Positions 60,852 to 64,000 of a stretch of 64,000 nt of DNA are shown in pieces (within the stretch, counting starts at the first letter, position 1; every line of letters begins with the position of its first letter). Origin of the DNA: an uncultured Candidatus Saccharibacteria bacterium (GTDB taxonomy: Bacteria; Patescibacteriota; Minisyncoccia; Phycocordibacterales; UBA9973); contig CAZSFP010000002.1 in assembly GCA_964606285.1 (NCBI GenBank), forward strand, positions 43,890 to 107,889, in the 5' to 3' direction. Below the pieces are notes generated by a model. It did not search any database and was not told where the DNA came from. It saw only the letters and a list, made by a program, of their open reading frames with translations. Both the position numbers and the translations under genes were made by a program.

Positions 60852-61244
60852 ATGAAATTGCTCGACAAAACATATTATGCCGTCAAACGTTCCTCTGCGG
60901 GCTTAGGCATTTTTGCTCAAAAGGATATACCAAAAGGTGAACGGATCATCGAATATGTTGGCCCTATGTTGACTGCTGCGCAAGCTGATGAAAAGGGTGG
61001 GCAGTACCTTTTTGAGATCAGTAGTCGACGGACGATCGATGGTGCGACACGTAAAAATACTGCACGATATATTAATCATTCCTGCGCGCCAAATGCAGAT
61101 GCGTTTATCGAAGGTTCCCGTGTCTTTATCTATGCAAAGCGATTGATCAAAGCAGGGGAGGAGATATCGTACAATTACGGTAAAGATTTTTTCAATGAAT
61201 ACATCAAACCGAAAGGTTGCCGGTGTGTGAAATGTAAAGACTAG
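60852..61244 (+). CDS. SET-domain lysine methyltransferase
   Basis: GLGIFA..DI.KG.RIIEYVG; ARYINHSCAPN; GEEISYNY; post-SET CRC..C. Confidence 0.92.
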   Translation: MKLLDKTYYAVKRSSAGLGIFAQKDIPKGERIIEYVGPMLTAAQADEKGGQYLFEISSRRTIDGATRKNTARYINHSCAPNADAFIEGSRVFIYAKRLIKAGEEISYNYGKDFFNEYIKPKGCRCVKCKD

Positions 61245-61360
61245 ACCTTTTGCCTTTTTCACATCTTTTTGATAGGATATGTGAGTTCTTGTAGACATGC
61301 TCCCCAGATAGGGATCGAACCTTGGAGAGTACAAAATAATACAAAAAAACAATTTACCAT

Positions 61361-61436
61361 TCCTCGGTAGCTCAGTTGGTAGAGCGCCTCCCTGTTAAGG
61401 AGGATGTCCTAGGTTCGAGCCCTAGCCGAGGAGCCA
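61361..61436 (+). tRNA. tRNA-Asn (GTT)
   Basis: Full cloverleaf: TCCTCGG/CCGAGGA acceptor, CCTCC-CTGTTAA-GGAGG anticodon arm, TTCGA T-loop, CCA end. Confidence 0.97.
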
Positions 61437-62936
61437 GTTAGGACTACTAGCTAGTTCTAGTACTAAATTGAACGGAGAAGCTATTGAAAAATATAGCTTT
61501 TTTCCGTTTACAGTCGGGTTCTGAAGTATATAGTTCAAAAATGCTCTTTTCTCAGCAGGTTCAGAACTATTCTCAAAAATGGTCTTTGCTCTGCGTGCTA
61601 CAGAAATGACTGTAGCAACGGTTGTTTGGTAGTCGTAATCAGCTTTTCTGTGTTCAGAAAGTTCAATTTCCAGTGTCTGCATTTTGTCCTGATACTCTTG
61701 ATGCTTTTTGTCATAGATGTCCTTAGTAATACTCTGGTCTAAGAATGCTTCAAGAAGTCGATCAGTTTTTCCTTTAACATTGTCGTAGTCAGTTCTTATA
61801 CGATTTATTTGTGCTTTATGAAAAACAACTTCTGCTTCAGTGTTCTTTCGTAGTTCGTCAACAAGACCATTCTGAGTTTCCTCAGTGATACTCTCAAATC
61901 GCTCCAAGACCTCATAAATGGGCTTCAGAAGCTCTAGTTCGTTCACATAGACCCTTTCACATATCTTCTTGGAATTGGTACAAGAACCGATTACATACTG
62001 CTTACCACTGGGCTTTAGCTTATGCTCAAATGAGATGGCACATCCGCAGTTATGACACTTCAAAAGTCCTTTGAATATAAAGTCCTTGGAATGTGCCTTA
62101 GAGGGCATTTTCTTGCGTTTTGAGCGTATTTCTTGGCACTTATCGAAGAGTTCCCTTGAAATCAATCGGGGATACTTATGAGCATAAGAGCCATACTTCT
62201 TTGACATAGCAACACCACAGTAAAAACTATCCTTGAGTATATTTTCTATACAACTTTTTGACAGCTTAAAGCCCTTGATACTTCTTAGTCCAAGTTCTGT
62301 CATTTCTATTCGTATGGTTTCAAGTGAGTGATTTCCTGTTGCATAAAGCTCAAACATTTTTGTAATAAGATGACCTCTTTCAGGGTCAATAATGATGTCC
62401 TTACGCAGTCGCTTTTCAGCGTCTAGTTGAACATTCAGATAACCCAAACGAACAGCTCCTGTCCATTCGCCATTTCTTCGCTTTTGTTCAAATGCTCGTC
62501 TTACATTGTCGCCAATCGCATCAGAATAGTATTTAGCCAAACCCAAGCTCATACCAAACTGGAACTTTTCTACAGCCGACATCTGGCTGTTTATGATTTG
62601 ACCCTCTGAAACGAAATGAAGCTCAATTTTGTCAGCTACGGCAAGTTCATAAAGCCGAGCAACTCGTTTATCAAAAACACTTCTTGAAAGACGGTCTACC
62701 TTATCAAAGCAGACCGCAATCTTTTCTTTCTTCATTACTCCTTCAACAAACTCAAGAAGTTTATCGAACTCATCTCGCTTTTCTTTGTAGGCACTTTCAT
62801 CAAAGCTATACGACTTTACGACGTCAAAAGATTTCTTAGAACAGTAACTTCTAATACGCTCTGTCTGAGCAGGTAAAGAGTTACCAGCTTCCTTTTGTTC
62901 TTCAGTTGATACTCGTGATACGTCTATAGCTTTCAT
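61422..62936 (-). CDS. Large serine recombinase (integrase)
   Basis: Catalytic RVST; DRLSR; recombinase domain; Zn ribbon CHNCG...C..C; coiled coil; 3' end overlaps tRNA-Asn. Confidence 0.93.
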   Translation of the reverse strand: MKAIDVSRVSTEEQKEAGNSLPAQTERIRSYCSKKSFDVVKSYSFDESAYKEKRDEFDKLLEFVEGVMKKEKIAVCFDKVDRLSRSVFDKRVARLYELAVADKIELHFVSEGQIINSQMSAVEKFQFGMSLGLAKYYSDAIGDNVRRAFEQKRRNGEWTGAVRLGYLNVQLDAEKRLRKDIIIDPERGHLITKMFELYATGNHSLETIRIEMTELGLRSIKGFKLSKSCIENILKDSFYCGVAMSKKYGSYAHKYPRLISRELFDKCQEIRSKRKKMPSKAHSKDFIFKGLLKCHNCGCAISFEHKLKPSGKQYVIGSCTNSKKICERVYVNELELLKPIYEVLERFESITEETQNGLVDELRKNTEAEVVFHKAQINRIRTDYDNVKGKTDRLLEAFLDQSITKDIYDKKHQEYQDKMQTLEIELSEHRKADYDYQTTVATVISVARRAKTIFENSSEPAEKRAFLNYILQNPTVNGKKLYFSIASPFNLVLELASSPNWLLG

Positions 62937-62939
62937 AGG

Positions 62940-64000
62940 TTATAAATCGTACGAAGTTTTTAGTCGCTTTTCTTTATTGTGTCGTTCAATAGCAAGTTGA
63001 ATTAACTTATCAATTAACTCTGTATACGATATACCGCTAGCTTCCCATAATTTTGGATACATACTAATTTTAGTAAATCCTGGAATGGTGTTTACCTCAT
63101 TGATAATCACTTCTTTACCGTCACGCAAAAACATATCTACTCTAGCCATACCTTCAAGACAAAGGGCTTTAAAAGCTTTGATTGCAACTTGTTGTACTTC
63201 TTCCATTAATTCAGCGGGTAGTTTTGCAGGTATTTCTAATAGAGCACCATTTTCGTCAATATATTTTGCTTGGTAAGAATAAAATTCGTGATTAGGAATA
63301 ATTCTACCTGCGACTGAAGCAATAGGGTTTTCGTTTCCCAGGATAGAACATTCGACTTCATCGCCAACTATTGCTTCTTCTACCAAGATTTTATTGTCGT
63401 ATTCAAATGCTATTTTTATGGCTGTTTCTAACTCTTCTTTAGTATTTGCTTTACTTACACCCACTGAAGAACCTAAGTTAGCGGGCTTTGTAAAAATAGG
63501 CAAACCTAACTGTTCAATTATTTTATCTAAATCAATATCAGAAGAAGTGTCTAAACATATAAAGTCCGCTATAGGCACTCCTGCACCTTTAAGAAGTCGC
63601 TTCATTACATCTTTGTCCATACCAACCGCAGAACCTAACACTCCTGCCCCAACGAATGGTACATCTAAAAGCTTTAGTAATCCCTGAACTGTACCGTCCT
63701 CACCAAATGGTCCGTGCAAAACTGGAAATGCGACATCAATTGGTTTCTCAGGCACATCATTAGATAGCGTAACTAGTTGCTGGCTTGATTGACCTGGAAC
63801 TAAAGCTACTTCTTTACTATTTTCCTTATTTAGTTTTATTAACTTTGGGTTATTGTCGTTAAGCAGGTACTGAGACGCAGTATTGAGTTGCCACTTTCCC
63901 GTCTTATCAATCCCAATTGGAACTATTTCATACTTGTCCTTATCAATTGCATCAATGATATTTTTAGCAGATTGAAGTGAAACTTCGTGTTCTGCCGACT
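62940..64000 (-). CDS. ddl: D-alanine--D-alanine ligase (DdlA-like; 5'-truncated by window edge)
   Basis: Frame open to window end (SAEHEVSLQSA...); HGPFGEDGTVQG; KPANLGSSVG; FYSYQAKY; NEVNTIPGFT..SMYP. Confidence 0.95.
   Translation of the reverse strand, partial: SAEHEVSLQSAKNIIDAIDKDKYEIVPIGIDKTGKWQLNTASQYLLNDNNPKLIKLNKENSKEVALVPGQSSQQLVTLSNDVPEKPIDVAFPVLHGPFGEDGTVQGLLKLLDVPFVGAGVLGSAVGMDKDVMKRLLKGAGVPIADFICLDTSSDIDLDKIIEQLGLPIFTKPANLGSSVGVSKANTKEELETAIKIAFEYDNKILVEEAIVGDEVECSILGNENPIASVAGRIIPNHEFYSYQAKYIDENGALLEIPAKLPAELMEEVQQVAIKAFKALCLEGMARVDMFLRDGKEVIINEVNTIPGFTKISMYPKLWEASGISYTELIDKLIQLAIERHNKEKRLKTSYDL

Larger units (their letters stand above)
61422..64000. mobile_element. Edge of element integrated at tRNA-Asn (continues past window)
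   Basis: Integrase abutting the tRNA 3' end; codon usage visibly shifts (many TTA/CTA/AGA). Confidence 0.7.

Noticed and set aside
62940-64000. VanA/VanB vancomycin-resistance ligase
   Set aside because: Omega-loop Tyr and overall motifs match DdlA; no vanH/vanX visible in the window.

Overview
64 kb of a small-genome bacterium using genetic code 11, most consistent with Patescibacteria/CPR (Parcubacteria-like). This is inferred from: no L30 in the spc cluster, orphan VirD4-like ATPases, a type IV pilin cluster, no Shine-Dalgarno motifs and many apparently leaderless genes. Core content: the S10/spc ribosomal protein cluster (split by terminators, lacking L29 and L30, and interrupted by a LytTR gene), secY, adk, map, ndk, a beta-CASP RNase, infC-rpmI-rplT, truB, smpB with tmRNA, ftsH, gatCA, pilD with four pilins, ligA, RNase P RNA, secA, dnaE, rnhB, rlmB, an ECF sigma/anti-sigma pair, ndh, uppP, rsmE, a SET-domain protein, tRNA-Asn, and the edge of an integrated element (large serine recombinase plus ddl). 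Most notable unannotated signals: (i) short CCCGTTAGA...TCTAACGGG inverted-repeat elements placed exactly at start codons or -10 boxes, one of which appears to have split a bidirectional dnaE/rnhB promoter; (ii) several stand-alone structured RNA candidates with their own promoter and terminator, including a compact 6S-like RNA and a bistable-looking RNA; (iii) a ~105-nt hairpin insertion in RNase P RNA; (iv) a long, non-canonical tmRNA tag; (v) Bacteroidota-like accessory genes, including one with a T9SS-like C-terminal sorting domain; (vi) a 29-aa histone-H1-like peptide; (vii) a recombinase whose last codons and stop are supplied by the target tRNA. All calls come from reading the sequence; no searches were run.
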